Source of the DNA: Oikopleura dioica
Lineage: Eukaryota > Animalia > Chordata
Direction of reading: 5' to 3'
Length of the DNA: 64,000 nucleotides
NCBI GenBank assembly: GCA_907165135.1
Contig: OU015569.1
Location: 11,346,001-11,410,000 of the forward strand
Position numbers and translations under genes: made by a program. The notes under the pieces were generated by a model. It did no database searches. It was not told where the DNA came from and saw only the letters and a list, made by a program, of their open reading frames with translations. Positions 63,832-64,000 of the stretch are shown here, piece by piece (position 1 is the stretch's first letter; every line of letters starts with the position of its first letter).

Positions 63832-64000
63832 TCAGCGGAGAAGAAGATTGACGACGGCTTTCGGGTTCAAGGAATTCAAGTCTTTGTAGGTCTGCCCGGT
63901 GCCGATGAAGACGATTGGCTGCCCGGTTGTGTACGTCATGGAAATAGCGGCACCGACTGAAATTGGTGAGTATGGACGTTCTTGTGTGTTACTTTACCTT
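63832..64000 (-). CDS. SRPRA: SRP receptor alpha, 3' end
   Basis: [42 protein letters not shown] across intron 63957-63997. Confidence 0.9.

Overview
Eukaryotic, AT-rich, very compact animal DNA with many 35-70 nt introns, some non-canonical GA/GG/GC donors and tightly packed co-oriented genes. This is most consistent with a larvacean tunicate (Oikopleura-like); the organism call is an inference. Layout: (i) 0.7-5.8 kb, a ZCWPW1-like zf-CW+PWWP gene. (ii) 6-35 kb, a repeat-rich zone holding hAT-type, TTAA (Kolobok-like), foldback and Harbinger-like non-autonomous elements, orphan membrane proteins, a Cys-rich repeat protein, Six1/2, and isolated housekeeping-gene fragments (kinesin-1 tail, V-ATPase H, HSP90 middle domain, a duplicated ZCWPW segment). 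(iii) 35.8-50.6 kb, a coiled-coil gene, Musashi and a TRPM2-like channel. (iv) 50.9-64 kb, an operon-like minus-strand run SRPRA-C1D-ZnF-WDPCP-METTL14-KPTN-CEP95. Top leads: a ~410-nt closed, multi-hairpin putative RNA in a CEP95 intron that matches no RNA family I could recognise; a 1.1-kb hAT element inside a WDPCP coding exon that could be spliced out almost perfectly as a GG-AG intron; an in-frame chimeric gene model (TM anchor + HSP90 middle domain + ZCWPW-derived tail); and a TRPM2-like channel with a degenerate Nudix box but an invertebrate-type filter. All gene models were assembled by eye, family calls come from remembered sequences, and no searches or folding programs were run.
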